The translations under genes were made by a program, and so were the position numbers. The notes beneath the pieces were generated by a model. It was not told the origin of the DNA, did not search any database, and saw only the letters and a list, made by a program, of their open reading frames with translations. From positions 352,001-416,000 of the forward strand of contig JAXGPF010000003.1 in the NCBI GenBank assembly GCA_040767085.1: DNA of 64,000 nucleotides. Direction: 5' to 3'. Below, piece by piece: positions 11,334-21,557 of this stretch (position 1 is the first letter of the stretch; each line of letters opens with the position of its first letter). Origin of the DNA: Kiritimatiellia bacterium (lineage in GTDB: Bacteria > Verrucomicrobiota > Kiritimatiellia > JAAZAB01).

Positions 11334-12626
11334 ATGACAATCCGCCGCCGTTTTTCAATCAAGGTTAAAAAGGAAATTTATGTGGCGGCATCCGCCGGCC
11401 GGTCTATCTGGGCGCAAGCACCCTCCTATGTCCGGCCGGGCGGTTTGGAGATGACGGACGTCATTGCCATGACCCGGCGCGGCCCGGTGCTGGGCGATCC
11501 CAACCCCACCCGCTACTACTATACCGAACTGTCCCGGCGGCGGTATTCCTCGGATAATGGCCGCAACTGGGAAGACGGCCCCGTCCTGGTGGACAATCGC
11601 GCCGGCTTCCTTGGCAACTACGAACGTTACACGCCCTTGAATTACCCGGACCCGGACAATGGCCGGCTGCTGTCGCTGACCAACGAGGCGCTGCTGGATT
11701 GCGCCGGCGGCAAACCCCAATGGTACGGCGAGGGCAACCTGCGCGCGCGCACTATGCGCATCTTTTACGAAATCTCTCACAATGGCGGCCGCACCTGGAC
11801 ACCGGCGCGCCAGGTGGTCCACCGCCACCCGCAATATAACGCGCGCGACTGGATGCCGGGATTGGCATACGGCGTTAACGGCGCTATGTGCGGCAATCAG
11901 CGCATCATCAAAACCGGCGCCGGAGCCTTGGTGATCCCCATCACTGCCTTCGCCGCCGGCAGCAACCGGCGCAACATCCAGGAATGCGACCACCAGACCA
12001 GCACCATGGCCGGATTTCTGCTCGGTCAATGGACGCCGGACATGAACGACATCGCATGGGAATGCAGCGAGTTCCTGGATATTGACCCGCGGGAACGCCC
12101 CAGCGGCTTGACCGAGCCGGATGTTTTATACCTGGGCGGACAGCGTATCTTCGCCACCATGCGCAATATGGGCAACAAGGAAAAAGGCATTCCCAGCCTG
12201 CGAATGTGTTCCCTGTCCGAGGATGGCGGGCACACCTGGAGCCCCGCCCGCCCGCTGACTTACGAGAACCGGACGCCGGTCTGGGTGCCGGCCTGCCCCG
12301 CGGAATTCCTGGTTTCGCCCCGTACCGGCCGGATTTACTGGATTGCCAACATCCAGCCCGCGCCGGTTTACCGCGGCATCCCGCGCTACCCGCTCACCAT
12401 CGCCGAATTCGATCCGGAAACGCTCTGCATCATCAAGGACAGCGTACAGACCGTTTACGACAAGCCGTCGGACGCCCCGCCGCAGCGCCGCTATTCCAAC
12501 TGGGGCAGTTATATTGACCGCGCGACGGGCGAATTCGTCCTGACATTGCCGGAAGAACCGAAGATCAGCTGGGACGATTACACCGGCGATGCCGTGCGCT
12601 TCCGGATCGCGCTGGATGAATGGTAA
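11334..12626 (+). CDS. Sialidase-like/BNR Asp-box beta-propeller protein
   Basis: Asp-boxes SSDNGRNW, SHNGGRTW and SEDGGHTW, plus TEP and PRYPL. AGGAG RBS upstream of ATG 11334. Confidence 0.8.
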   Translation: MTIRRRFSIKVKKEIYVAASAGRSIWAQAPSYVRPGGLEMTDVIAMTRRGPVLGDPNPTRYYYTELSRRRYSSDNGRNWEDGPVLVDNRAGFLGNYERYTPLNYPDPDNGRLLSLTNEALLDCAGGKPQWYGEGNLRARTMRIFYEISHNGGRTWTPARQVVHRHPQYNARDWMPGLAYGVNGAMCGNQRIIKTGAGALVIPITAFAAGSNRRNIQECDHQTSTMAGFLLGQWTPDMNDIAWECSEFLDIDPRERPSGLTEPDVLYLGGQRIFATMRNMGNKEKGIPSLRMCSLSEDGGHTWSPARPLTYENRTPVWVPACPAEFLVSPRTGRIYWIANIQPAPVYRGIPRYPLTIAEFDPETLCIIKDSVQTVYDKPSDAPPQRRYSNWGSYIDRATGEFVLTLPEEPKISWDDYTGDAVRFRIALDEW

Positions 12627-12660
12627 AATATTTGGAGTGCGGCGGCTCGACGCTGCTTTT
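12627..12660. repeat. Second copy of the GGAGTGCGGCGGC REP-like element
   Basis: AATATTTGGAGTGCGGCGGC is identical at 11116-11135 and 12627-12646. Confidence 0.8.
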
Positions 12661-12756
12661 TCCACGGCCGGATCTGATTTTACCGCAAATCGAATCCTTG
12701 CGCATATTAACCATGCTTTTAACGTGACAAACAAAACCAAGTCAGAAGGACAGATT

Positions 12757-15201
12757 ATGTTTCGCTCAACCTGGCGCATGCTCAACTTGCTGTTTTTCAT
12801 CCTGCTCTGCCTGCATCGCGCCGGCGCCGGAGATGCGCCCTGGACCGATCGCCTGATCCCCCTGCCCCAGGAAACCAGGTTGGCCGGCACGGTCAACCTG
12901 GCCGCGTCGGAAATCAATTGGCATTTGAATTTCACCGGTTTGCAGGTTGAGGCTATCGGCCAAATCCTCCGGCCGTTGTCCGCCGGAACCAACGGCCGGC
13001 TGCAGGTCGTTTTGCACCTGGCGGAACAGGCGCGCGGCGCGGCCCCGGACGCCATCCTGGCTCGGCTGCACACCCTCCCGAACGCCGGCCAGGCTTACCT
13101 GGTTTACCCGGCGACCAACGCGCCGGCGCAGGTGCGCATCATCGCCAACACCGGCGTCGGACTGCTTTACGGCGCCCGCACCCTGGCGCAATTATGGCGG
13201 CTGCATGCCGATCCGCCACCGGCCGCCGATGCCGTCCAGGCCTGGCCGCTGGCGGAAATTCTGGACTGGCCCGACCTGGCCGAACGCGGCCTCTGGGGCG
13301 ATGTCGAACGTTTTGCGCCCTGGCTGGCGCAATGGAAAATCAACCTGATGGAGACCCGGCTGCGCTTCGACGCCAACGGCGGAGTGTTCAGCTACTTCCT
13401 GACCAATGCGGCGGCCCGGGAGGCCGCGTCGCACGGATTCCACCTGGCGCCTTTTTTCGCCCACCCGGACAAGTTGCTTAATTTCAATCCTTTCCTCCTG
13501 ACGCCGGCCGGCCGGCAAGCCTGGCCGGGCGTGCTGGCAACCAATGACCGGGCGCTTTGTTTCTCCTCCACCAACACCATCCGGCTCCTGGCCGCATGGA
13601 TGGAATCGGCATTCCGATTACTGCGCCAGGCCGATCCGGCCGGGCGGCCCACCCTCAGCATGCGCACCACGGAAACCCGCAAACCCGACCCCTGCGGCTG
13701 CGTTCAATGCCGGCGGCGGACAGTGTATGAAAACGAAACGGCGGCTTTCCTGGAAGCATTCCGCCAAGTTCGTTCGAACTGGCCGGATGCCTTTCTGCGC
13801 ATCAACCTGAGCCAGGGCACGTTCGCGTATAACGACCGCTTGATTGATCTGGTGCCCCGCGAAAACGCCGGCCACGCGGGCCTGGTGTTCTACGACAGCA
13901 AACTGACTTACCGGGTCAAGCGCGAGCCGATGATTTACCCGCTGCTGGAACAATACGCCGCCGCGGGCGGCTGGCTGGGCGCCGTGCCGGTGCTTTCACC
14001 AAACTGGTTTACAATCTTTCCCTGGACCGGCCCGTCATTCGTCAAATACCGCCTCCAGGAATGTGTGGAAAAACATTTGCAATCCATTACGGCCTATTTT
14101 GTGCCCAGCGTCTGGTACCACCAGTGCAATGCCATGGCACTGGCGGAATGGGGTTGGAACGCCCGGGGACGCACTCCGCGGGAATTCGCGCGGGCTTATG
14201 CGGCCGCCATGGGCATGCCGGATCAGGATTTATTCGGCGAATGGGCCATGCTGGCCGGCGAAGCGGGCTGGGACCTGGCGGCCTCCGGCATTATCGCGCG
14301 CATAGCCGGCGACCCGTCGCTCTGGCTTGAGCGCGGCCTGGTGTTTTCCCATGATCTGGACGACCGGTTCAGCGACGATATCGCCGATAACCGCATCTCG
14401 CTTTTTGATCAGGCCTTGAGCAACGCCGCTTCAGCCAGCCGCCTCGCCAGGCAAACCGGCGCGCCGGATATGCTGGATGAATCGTACGCCACTCTCGCCG
14501 GCCTGCGCGCGCTGGCCGTGTGCGCCGAAATTCAGCCCATCCTGGTCAACACCAACCGCGGCGCGGAGGCGCGCGCGGAACTGGCCGAAGGCCTGGAAAT
14601 CCTGGACCGGTGCGCGCATGTTATCAACGCGCGAGTTTACGATTGGGCCAACCGGCGCGAAGCGGAATATGACCATCACGGGCATTATGCGCGCTTGAAC
14701 CATACCGCCGTCGGCTTGCTGCGGACCTGTGATATCTTCCGCCAAAGCAGCCGCGGCTGGAACATTGCCGATCCGCGCCCGGCCAGCCGCGCCCGGCCGC
14801 TGACAATCCTGGCGCAACAATCAACCAACGGCATTACAATTTATGAATTGGCCGTGCCGGATCATGCCGCCGCCGATCCCGGCAGTTACCATGTATGCTT
14901 CGACCGGCATTGTGTCGTCGAGCATGTGGAAGTTTATCAGCAGGATGCGGAGGGACAGCGGACATTGCTCAACCGTTCACCCGAACCGGAACCCAACGGC
15001 ATCACCGGCGCCAGATACCTCGAATGCCGGATAACCATTCCGCCGCCGGCCGCCGGGAACGCCCTGCTGATCAAGGTGCACATGCGCGGAGAGCAAGCTT
15101 GGGAGGGGACTATCGGCCTGCGCCGGACCTGGAGCAGCGCGGATGCCCCCTGGACCTTGGCGGAAATCGAGCAAGCCTTGCTGAATGGCGCGGTTAAATG
15201 A
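12757..15201 (+). CDS. Secreted protein with GH20 domain-2 (zincin-like) N-terminus and TIM-barrel-like core
   Basis: Signal peptide, then LIPLPQE...QAY...GLLYGARTLAQL...ILDWPDLAERG, the standard GH20-domain-2 signature. Confidence 0.7.
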   Translation: MFRSTWRMLNLLFFILLCLHRAGAGDAPWTDRLIPLPQETRLAGTVNLAASEINWHLNFTGLQVEAIGQILRPLSAGTNGRLQVVLHLAEQARGAAPDAILARLHTLPNAGQAYLVYPATNAPAQVRIIANTGVGLLYGARTLAQLWRLHADPPPAADAVQAWPLAEILDWPDLAERGLWGDVERFAPWLAQWKINLMETRLRFDANGGVFSYFLTNAAAREAASHGFHLAPFFAHPDKLLNFNPFLLTPAGRQAWPGVLATNDRALCFSSTNTIRLLAAWMESAFRLLRQADPAGRPTLSMRTTETRKPDPCGCVQCRRRTVYENETAAFLEAFRQVRSNWPDAFLRINLSQGTFAYNDRLIDLVPRENAGHAGLVFYDSKLTYRVKREPMIYPLLEQYAAAGGWLGAVPVLSPNWFTIFPWTGPSFVKYRLQECVEKHLQSITAYFVPSVWYHQCNAMALAEWGWNARGRTPREFARAYAAAMGMPDQDLFGEWAMLAGEAGWDLAASGIIARIAGDPSLWLERGLVFSHDLDDRFSDDIADNRISLFDQALSNAASASRLARQTGAPDMLDESYATLAGLRALAVCAEIQPILVNTNRGAEARAELAEGLEILDRCAHVINARVYDWANRREAEYDHHGHYARLNHTAVGLLRTCDIFRQSSRGWNIADPRPASRARPLTILAQQSTNGITIYELAVPDHAAADPGSYHVCFDRHCVVEHVEVYQQDAEGQRTLLNRSPEPEPNGITGARYLECRITIPPPAAGNALLIKVHMRGEQAWEGTIGLRRTWSSADAPWTLAEIEQALLNGAVK

Positions 15202-15208
15202 ATTTCAG

Positions 15209-15283
15209 GGAGGGCGAAGCTGTGCTGAGCCGTTCGGTGTCATCCATTCAATTTATTGGTTTTGATTTTGCCGGAAGAAGCTA
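15209..15283. repeat. 75-bp dispersed repeat starting with a GGAGGGCGAAGC REP; second copy at 44169-44243
   Basis: Ungapped alignment with 44169-44243 gives about 63/75 identities by manual count, the first 27 nt identical. Confidence 0.85.
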
Positions 15284-15363
15284 TCGCCGGATGCGCAACG
15301 CCGTTGCGCCGCTGCAGATGATGCTTGGCGCGCGCTTTCAGCGCAACCAACGCAGACAAACCA

Positions 15364-17181
15364 TCAACGTACATTGAACATCGTCCCGGAAAACACATAT
15401 TCATACGCGCCCATGTCCACCAGGCCGGTCAGGCGGTCCAGCCGCAGGCGTCCGTCGAGATCGGCGGCATGGTCCATCCAGTTCCGATACAGGCCGGCGT
15501 TGACGCAGGGCGACCCGCGCAGCAGCCGGTAATTGGCGTCATATCCCGGCGGCAGGTCGGTGGAGGCGGCATTGAAAGCGGCGCTGATGGGCGCGGCGCA
15601 GCAATTGGTGAAAGTCGTGCTGCCGGTGACATACCAGTTAGAATTGACCATGCTGGCGGTATTATCGAACACAATCGTATTTTCAATCATGCCGCCGTTT
15701 TGACAATTTATTCCGCCGCCGATATAGCCGTCATTGCCGGCGATGGTGCAATTCTGAACCTGCGCGCGGGGACTATTGTAAACGAATAAACCGCCGCCCT
15801 GCCCATGCCCTCCGCTGGTGCCGTCGGCGACATTGCCGGCAATCAAACAATTCCGCAGAATGGTCGTGTTCGACCCTGAGGGCCAGGAGACATTGTACAA
15901 GTAAATCCCGCCGCCGCCATAGGACGCAGTATTGGTTGTTTGATTGTCGCGGATCACGCAATGGCTGACCGTTCCGCCATCCATGACCCACATGCCCCCG
16001 CCGCCGTAAGCCGTCCCAAATGCCATATTGCTGGAAATCGTCGAGTGCGTCACCAGCATATTGGTCCCGATTGCCGTGTAAATTCCGGCGCCATAACCGC
16101 CGCGGTTGCCGGTCACCAGGCAATTTGAGATTGTGCAATCCACCTGCGCATAAATCCCGCCGCCATGCGCTAAGGACGTGTTGCCCTGGATGGTACACCC
16201 CCGGATCAGATGGTTGGTGCCGCCGATGACGTAAATACCGCCGCCGATAGTGCTTGCAACATTAGCCGCCACAACACAGTGTTCCACGAGATTGTATTCT
16301 GATCTTAAAAAGATGCCGCCGCCAGTGTTGGCGTTGGTGTTACCGACCACGTGGCACCAACTGGCCGTGGCATTGCCTAACATTGTCATGCCGGCGCCGC
16401 GGGCGCTCGATGGCGCCCAATTGTTGCTGATCACGCAATTGGCAAGCTTCGCCAGCCCGCCCAGTGCCGCGCCGCCGGCGCCGTAATTGCCGTTGTTGTA
16501 AATTGTACCATTGCCGGCCACCAGGCAGTTGGTCACCAGGCAGTTGGTGGCGAAAACGCCGCCGCCGGAATAATAAGCGGTATTGCCAAGAATCGTGCTC
16601 CCGCGCAATACCGCGCTGCTGCCAATGATATATACTCCGCCGCCTTCGTTACCGGCTGTGTTGGATACAACCAGGCAGTCCGTCATCAACCCGCTGTTCA
16701 GATATACTCCGGCGCCGCGGTTGGCGCCGCCATTGGAAAAAATGCAGTTGGTGATCGTGCCGCCCGTCATGTATGCGCCGCCGCCATTGCCGGGATTAAA
16801 AACACCATTGGAAACCGTCAAATCCGACAGGACTGCGTTGGCATGGGTCAATTGGAAACAACGCGTTAATTCCAGGCCATCCACCGTAACCGCCGTGCGG
16901 TCGCCGGACACTCCCCGGACAATGCTGTTTTGAATAATCACATTGTTGGTCAAGGCATACACGCCGTTGGAAATCAGCACTGTATCCCCGGCATTATTGG
17001 CATTCGCCACGGCCACCGCTTCAATGATGTTGGTGGCCGCCGTTACCCAGTTGGTGAAGGGCGGTGCGCCGTCCGGATTCTCCGGGCGCACGTAATGCGT
17101 CACCTGCGCCGGCAAGGTCGACGCCAGCCCGGCCAGGGACAGCGCAACTCCCGCCAGCTTTCCGATAATCTTTTTGCTCAT
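15364..17181 (-). CDS. Secreted right-handed beta-helix (Pmp-like GGG-repeat) protein with choice-of-anchor-Q-like C-terminus
   Basis: GGAGG RBS before ATG 17181, signal peptide, many GGG[IV]Y/NC repeats, and the ending SPCVNAG...DLDG..R...VDMGAYE...GTMFNVR. Confidence 0.8.
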   Translation of the reverse strand: MSKKIIGKLAGVALSLAGLASTLPAQVTHYVRPENPDGAPPFTNWVTAATNIIEAVAVANANNAGDTVLISNGVYALTNNVIIQNSIVRGVSGDRTAVTVDGLELTRCFQLTHANAVLSDLTVSNGVFNPGNGGGAYMTGGTITNCIFSNGGANRGAGVYLNSGLMTDCLVVSNTAGNEGGGVYIIGSSAVLRGSTILGNTAYYSGGGVFATNCLVTNCLVAGNGTIYNNGNYGAGGAALGGLAKLANCVISNNWAPSSARGAGMTMLGNATASWCHVVGNTNANTGGGIFLRSEYNLVEHCVVAANVASTIGGGIYVIGGTNHLIRGCTIQGNTSLAHGGGIYAQVDCTISNCLVTGNRGGYGAGIYTAIGTNMLVTHSTISSNMAFGTAYGGGGMWVMDGGTVSHCVIRDNQTTNTASYGGGGIYLYNVSWPSGSNTTILRNCLIAGNVADGTSGGHGQGGGLFVYNSPRAQVQNCTIAGNDGYIGGGINCQNGGMIENTIVFDNTASMVNSNWYVTGSTTFTNCCAAPISAAFNAASTDLPPGYDANYRLLRGSPCVNAGLYRNWMDHAADLDGRLRLDRLTGLVDMGAYEYVFSGTMFNVR

Positions 17182-17369
17182 ACTGCCTCCAGGATTAAGC
17201 TTGAATTGCATATCGCCTGAAATCGCGCGGCACAGTACTATCGCACCTGTGAATTTTACCAGACACCTGAGGCCAGGCAAGCTTTAACGGTATCATTAAT
17301 TTGCAAGGCAGTATCGTCCTGGTATGCAAAGCCGGCGACTGAATGGCGATGGCTGGCGGCTGCCCCGTC

Positions 17370-18734
17370 TCAGAAATGCCGTTGCTGTCCGCCCCAGGCC
17401 TTGTAAATCCCGGCATAATCCGCCGCCATCCCCGGCGCCGGCAGCATGGTCCAACCGGCGTCCACGCCGGCCGGCGCGGCGTCGCGCCGGGCCATCATAG
17501 CTGCGCCCAGCAAGGCATCGTTGGCGCTCCGGATAACCGGACAGCCGCAGACATCGGCCAACATCTGCAGCCAGAAGCGATTGGCGCCGCCACCACCGGT
17601 AACTACCAGCGGCGTGCCTCGCAGAGGCATCCGCATGCCTTCTTCCATCATTTGCCGGGCGCTGAAACAGATGCCTTCCAACACCGCCCGCGCTCGCGCC
17701 GCCGGATCGGACGCGCCAATCCAGGCGCCGGATGCCCGGATACGGTCGGGATAAAAAAAAGCCGCCCCCGGCGCGGCGTTTTCCGCGCAGGCCATGAAAG
17801 CCGCCCGGGCGCCGGGCATGACCCGGTCAACCGCCCAGTCCAATGCGGCGCAACCTTCATCGCGCGCGGCCAGCTCATAATAGCCGCCCCCGGGATATGG
17901 TCCCCAGCATCCTTGCGCATGGAACGGCCCAGGCCGGGCCCCGGCATAACGATAAACCACCAACGCCGTGCCCAGTGTCAACACCGGCCTTCCCCTGCCG
18001 CCGGCGGCAAAGGCGCCGGCAGTCTGGTCATTGCCGGCAAAAACAATCTCAAGTTCCGGGGTAAATTCAATTTCCGCACATTTTGTCCCGGCGGGGATGG
18101 CAGTCCCTGCTTGTGCAAGCCGCCCCATTTGCGCGGTGGTCAACCCGCATATTTCCAGCGCCGCCGGCCGCCAATCGCGCAGCGCCAGCGAGTACATGCC
18201 CGTCATGGCGGCGAGATTGTCGTCCAGCGCCTCCAGTCCGGCCAGCCGGCGGGCCAGGAAGCCGGGCAAAGATATGACGGTTGCGGCATTCCGCCGCCAG
18301 TCCGGGCGATGATGTTTAATCCAAAGCAACTTTGCCAACTGCAATTGCGGCATCGGCGCCGGGAAACTGCAATGCCGGTGGAAGTCTCCGCCCAGGCGTT
18401 CCGCCAATTCGAGCGCTTCGGCGCCGGCGCGTTGATCCAGCCAGCTTAGGAACGGCATCACCGGCCGGCCGGCGCCATCCAGCAGCGTGAACGTCTGCGC
18501 CTGGCCGGTTAACGCAATGGTCTTGATTTGCGATGTTCTAACCGAAGCCGTGGCGCATGTGTTATGAACCAGAGCCACCGTATCCCGCCAGGTTTTTTCC
18601 GGATCGAGTTCTACGGCCCGGACGTTCCGGGCGGAATATTCAACCGGCAAGGCGCAATCCGCCAGCCGGCGCAAACCATGGTCGAAAAGCGCGGCCTTGT
18701 GATTGGTGGAGCCGCAATCAATGGCCAGGATCAT
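17370..18734 (-). CDS. FGGY-family carbohydrate kinase
   Basis: AIDCGST, GQ, WLDQR, GNDQTAG, LGTA, RAVLEG, TGGG and QMLADV motifs. Confidence 0.85.
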   Translation of the reverse strand: MILAIDCGSTNHKAALFDHGLRRLADCALPVEYSARNVRAVELDPEKTWRDTVALVHNTCATASVRTSQIKTIALTGQAQTFTLLDGAGRPVMPFLSWLDQRAGAEALELAERLGGDFHRHCSFPAPMPQLQLAKLLWIKHHRPDWRRNAATVISLPGFLARRLAGLEALDDNLAAMTGMYSLALRDWRPAALEICGLTTAQMGRLAQAGTAIPAGTKCAEIEFTPELEIVFAGNDQTAGAFAAGGRGRPVLTLGTALVVYRYAGARPGPFHAQGCWGPYPGGGYYELAARDEGCAALDWAVDRVMPGARAAFMACAENAAPGAAFFYPDRIRASGAWIGASDPAARARAVLEGICFSARQMMEEGMRMPLRGTPLVVTGGGGANRFWLQMLADVCGCPVIRSANDALLGAAMMARRDAAPAGVDAGWTMLPAPGMAADYAGIYKAWGGQQRHF

Positions 18735-20065
18735 GTCAGTTCCTGCATGAGTTGCAACGCGGCCTTGACCATCCGCGCGCCGGATTCGGGCTTGAACATC
18801 GCCCAGGCTGCCTCATATCCGCCGCTGGCATACGCCGCCTCGGCGGCAATGTAACCCTGCAATTCGCCACTGGCCAGGCTGATGACGAAGGCGCGGCAGG
18901 GCGCCCGCCGCTTGATTTCGAGGGCATATTCGACAAACATTTCGCCCGGCAATCCCACCAGGCAGACATCGCCGATTTTGATCGCCTGCACTTCGGCGGC
19001 GCTGTAGGCCTCCCTGGGAAGCTCCAGTTGGCCGGCTGCTTGCATCCTGGCCAGCGTCAAGGCATTGGCGGCGCCGAACGCTTCGCATTCGGCTGTCCGC
19101 GCCGCGCCGCGCGGCGCGTCCGCTGCCTTTAACCGGGCATAACGATCAACCGCGGATTTAAGCCGGGCTTCCGCATCCGCCACGGCGGGGAAAATGTTAG
19201 GCACAAGTTCGACTGACCGCGATGCGGCGGCCAGCCGCGGATTGGCGGAAAAATCCTTATCCGCCAGCTCCGCCAGCGACCGGCAGACAGTAGCGGCCAA
19301 TTTGCCGCCCAGACGTTCCGCTTCGGCGAATGTCTGCTCCGCCACATCGTAACGGGGACTGAGATTGCCCGCCGGCGCGGTATGATAGACGCAAACCAGC
19401 CCGGGATATTGCGCGCCAATTGCCCGGCGGGCAAAGCCGGGAAAATCCGCGGATACCAATTTTGAGTCTTCATGCAACACGGTCGGATGCATGCCATAAA
19501 TCATGTCGAGAGCCAGCAGCTCATGACCGCGCGGGCGCCGCACCGCCAGCAATCCGACTTCGGGATCAAACGGGCCCTCCGGATCGAGGCGGTTGCGCCC
19601 CGCGCCCACCGCCCGCGCCGCGGTCACGGCCAACTCGGCCGGCTGCGCGGCGGCATGCGCGGCTATGCCGGCCTCAATGATGCCTGTGTGAAACAGCTCC
19701 AGATATTCTGCGGCGGGCGGCGGCACCGCCGGATCATCGCGCCAGGCGAACACCTCGTTCGTCACCGGCCCGGAATGCGTGTGGGTGGCGCTAACCAGGA
19801 TATTGCCGGCGGGAATGCCGGTGGCTTTTTGAATGGCAGCCCGGCAGAATAAAACTGACGGACGGGCAATGAACAAAATATCCACTCCAATCAAAAGCAC
19901 CGGAGTCGCGCCGTCCGACAGGAACAACGCCGAAGCCGCCAGGGGATCATGCGTCCCCGCCGCAATCCGCGGCACGTTGGGATACCCGGACAGGAACAGG
20001 GGGCTGGCCGGGGTAATGTCCCGGATCGCCGCGCCGGCGTGAAACTGGCAAGGTTTATCCGTCAT
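18731..20065 (-). CDS. Neutral/alkaline ceramidase N-terminal-like amidohydrolase
   Basis: DITP..LSGY, HDPL, ATHTHSGP, HPT, SADFPG, PGEMF and GGYE motifs. Overlaps the kinase start by 4 nt. Confidence 0.7.
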   Translation of the reverse strand: MTDKPCQFHAGAAIRDITPASPLFLSGYPNVPRIAAGTHDPLAASALFLSDGATPVLLIGVDILFIARPSVLFCRAAIQKATGIPAGNILVSATHTHSGPVTNEVFAWRDDPAVPPPAAEYLELFHTGIIEAGIAAHAAAQPAELAVTAARAVGAGRNRLDPEGPFDPEVGLLAVRRPRGHELLALDMIYGMHPTVLHEDSKLVSADFPGFARRAIGAQYPGLVCVYHTAPAGNLSPRYDVAEQTFAEAERLGGKLAATVCRSLAELADKDFSANPRLAAASRSVELVPNIFPAVADAEARLKSAVDRYARLKAADAPRGAARTAECEAFGAANALTLARMQAAGQLELPREAYSAAEVQAIKIGDVCLVGLPGEMFVEYALEIKRRAPCRAFVISLASGELQGYIAAEAAYASGGYEAAWAMFKPESGARMVKAALQLMQELT

Positions 20066-20095
20066 TGGCTGCTTTCTTCATGGTTCGGCCGGAAG

Positions 20096-20584
20096 CTAAA
20101 TCACCCCGTCCCGCCCGATGCGTTTGTCGTCAAATATGTTGTCATGCGGCATTGACGGCAGCGATACTTCCAACACCAGCGCCGGCCCGCCTACGGCGCG
20201 GAAGGTGTGCCTTACTCCCGGCTTCATTTTAAAAGTCGCGCCGGCGGGCATCCGGAATCGCTTGCGGCCGGCCTCCATCTCCACCTTGCCGCGGACAATG
20301 AAAAATGTTTCATCCTTCATCTTGTGGTAATGGCGCGGGCAACGCTGGTTCTGGAACATAAACAGAAACTTGCCGCAGTAGCGGTTGGCCAGGTCGTTGA
20401 TAATCCAATACTCAATTTCGCCGATCCGGTAAAAATCATGCAGCCCGAAATGCAAGGGCAGCGGCCGGCCGGCCGGCATGGCCAGGTTCCAGCCGGCGAT
20501 TATTTCCCGCGCCTGCGCCAAGGCCGCGCGGCGTTCCCGTCCCTGCAACTCCATGTCGGTTATCCAGTCAACAGTCCGTTTCAT
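20096..20584 (-). CDS. D-lyxose/D-mannose-family sugar isomerase (cupin)
   Basis: FGL.DF..IG, YCGK, CPRHYHKMKDETF, HTF, EVS and DNIF motifs. Confidence 0.85.
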   Translation of the reverse strand: MKRTVDWITDMELQGRERRAALAQAREIIAGWNLAMPAGRPLPLHFGLHDFYRIGEIEYWIINDLANRYCGKFLFMFQNQRCPRHYHKMKDETFFIVRGKVEMEAGRKRFRMPAGATFKMKPGVRHTFRAVGGPALVLEVSLPSMPHDNIFDDKRIGRDGVI

Positions 20585-20596
20585 GCGGCTGCCCCC

Positions 20597-21550
20597 TCAT
20601 TGGTTATAACGTCCCCAGCGTTCCCGGGCGTTTTTCACTTCCAGATAATTTTCCCAAGGCGTATCCGCGAACACTTCCGAACTGGTGACCAGCACCAGCC
20701 CGCCGCCGGCCTTGGCCGATTCGAGGCAATACCGTGCGCTCTCGCGGATCGCCGCGAGCGGGCCGCGGTGCACCAGGTCGCATTGCACATTGCCGAACAA
20801 CGCCACAAGGTGTCCATACCGCCGCTTGACTTCGGCAATGTCCATGCCGGCCATGGGATCGATCGGGTTCAATCCATGGATGCCGCTGGCGACAATCGGC
20901 TCCAGCACAGGCGTCAGGTTGCCGTCGCTGTGAAATACAATCCAGGCGCCGGTATTTTTCAGGCAATTTACATGTTCGTTCAAATAAGGTTGAATGAATT
21001 CCGCGAAATGCGCCGGCGACAGGAACGGCCCGGGATTAAAGGCGATGTCATTGGCCAGAATCAGCAATTCGCTGCCGGCGTCCACGCACCGCCGCCCCCA
21101 GGCATTCGCCCGTGCCAGCCGCCGGCGCGCTTCCGTATGCACGCCGTCCGGCTCGTCGCAAAGCCGGTAACAGAATTCCTCCAGCCGGTTTCCTTCCGGA
21201 ATGTTGTGAATTCCGCCGCCGACCCAGGAACCGATCATAAACCGGCCGTCCACCCGGCGTCTCAGGCGGGCGACCAGGTCGAGATGCGCTTCGCCCTCAA
21301 ACGGAGCATACACCATGATTAGGGAATAATCCAGCGTTTCGGCAACCTGGATCAGATCATCCGCCGCCTGCGCCAGCAGGCGTTCACGCGCGGCTGCCGA
21401 AGCCGCCTGTTCAAAGTCGGCATTGGTGACGACCGGCCGGCCGGTAATATAATGGGCATTGGACAACAACCCGCCATACCACGGTACCATATCGTCCGGC
21501 TGTTCCAGCTTTAACGCCTTGACCAGGCGGGTATAACCGGGATGGCTCAT
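20597..21550 (-). CDS. Uroporphyrinogen decarboxylase/MtaA-CmuA family protein
   Basis: NDIAFN.GPFLSP..F.EFIQPY, FHSDGN, NPIDP.AGMD, GNV, GGG and ENY motifs. Confidence 0.85.
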   Translation of the reverse strand: MSHPGYTRLVKALKLEQPDDMVPWYGGLLSNAHYITGRPVVTNADFEQAASAAARERLLAQAADDLIQVAETLDYSLIMVYAPFEGEAHLDLVARLRRRVDGRFMIGSWVGGGIHNIPEGNRLEEFCYRLCDEPDGVHTEARRRLARANAWGRRCVDAGSELLILANDIAFNPGPFLSPAHFAEFIQPYLNEHVNCLKNTGAWIVFHSDGNLTPVLEPIVASGIHGLNPIDPMAGMDIAEVKRRYGHLVALFGNVQCDLVHRGPLAAIRESARYCLESAKAGGGLVLVTSSEVFADTPWENYLEVKNARERWGRYNQ

Positions 21551-21557
21551 GCTTCTT

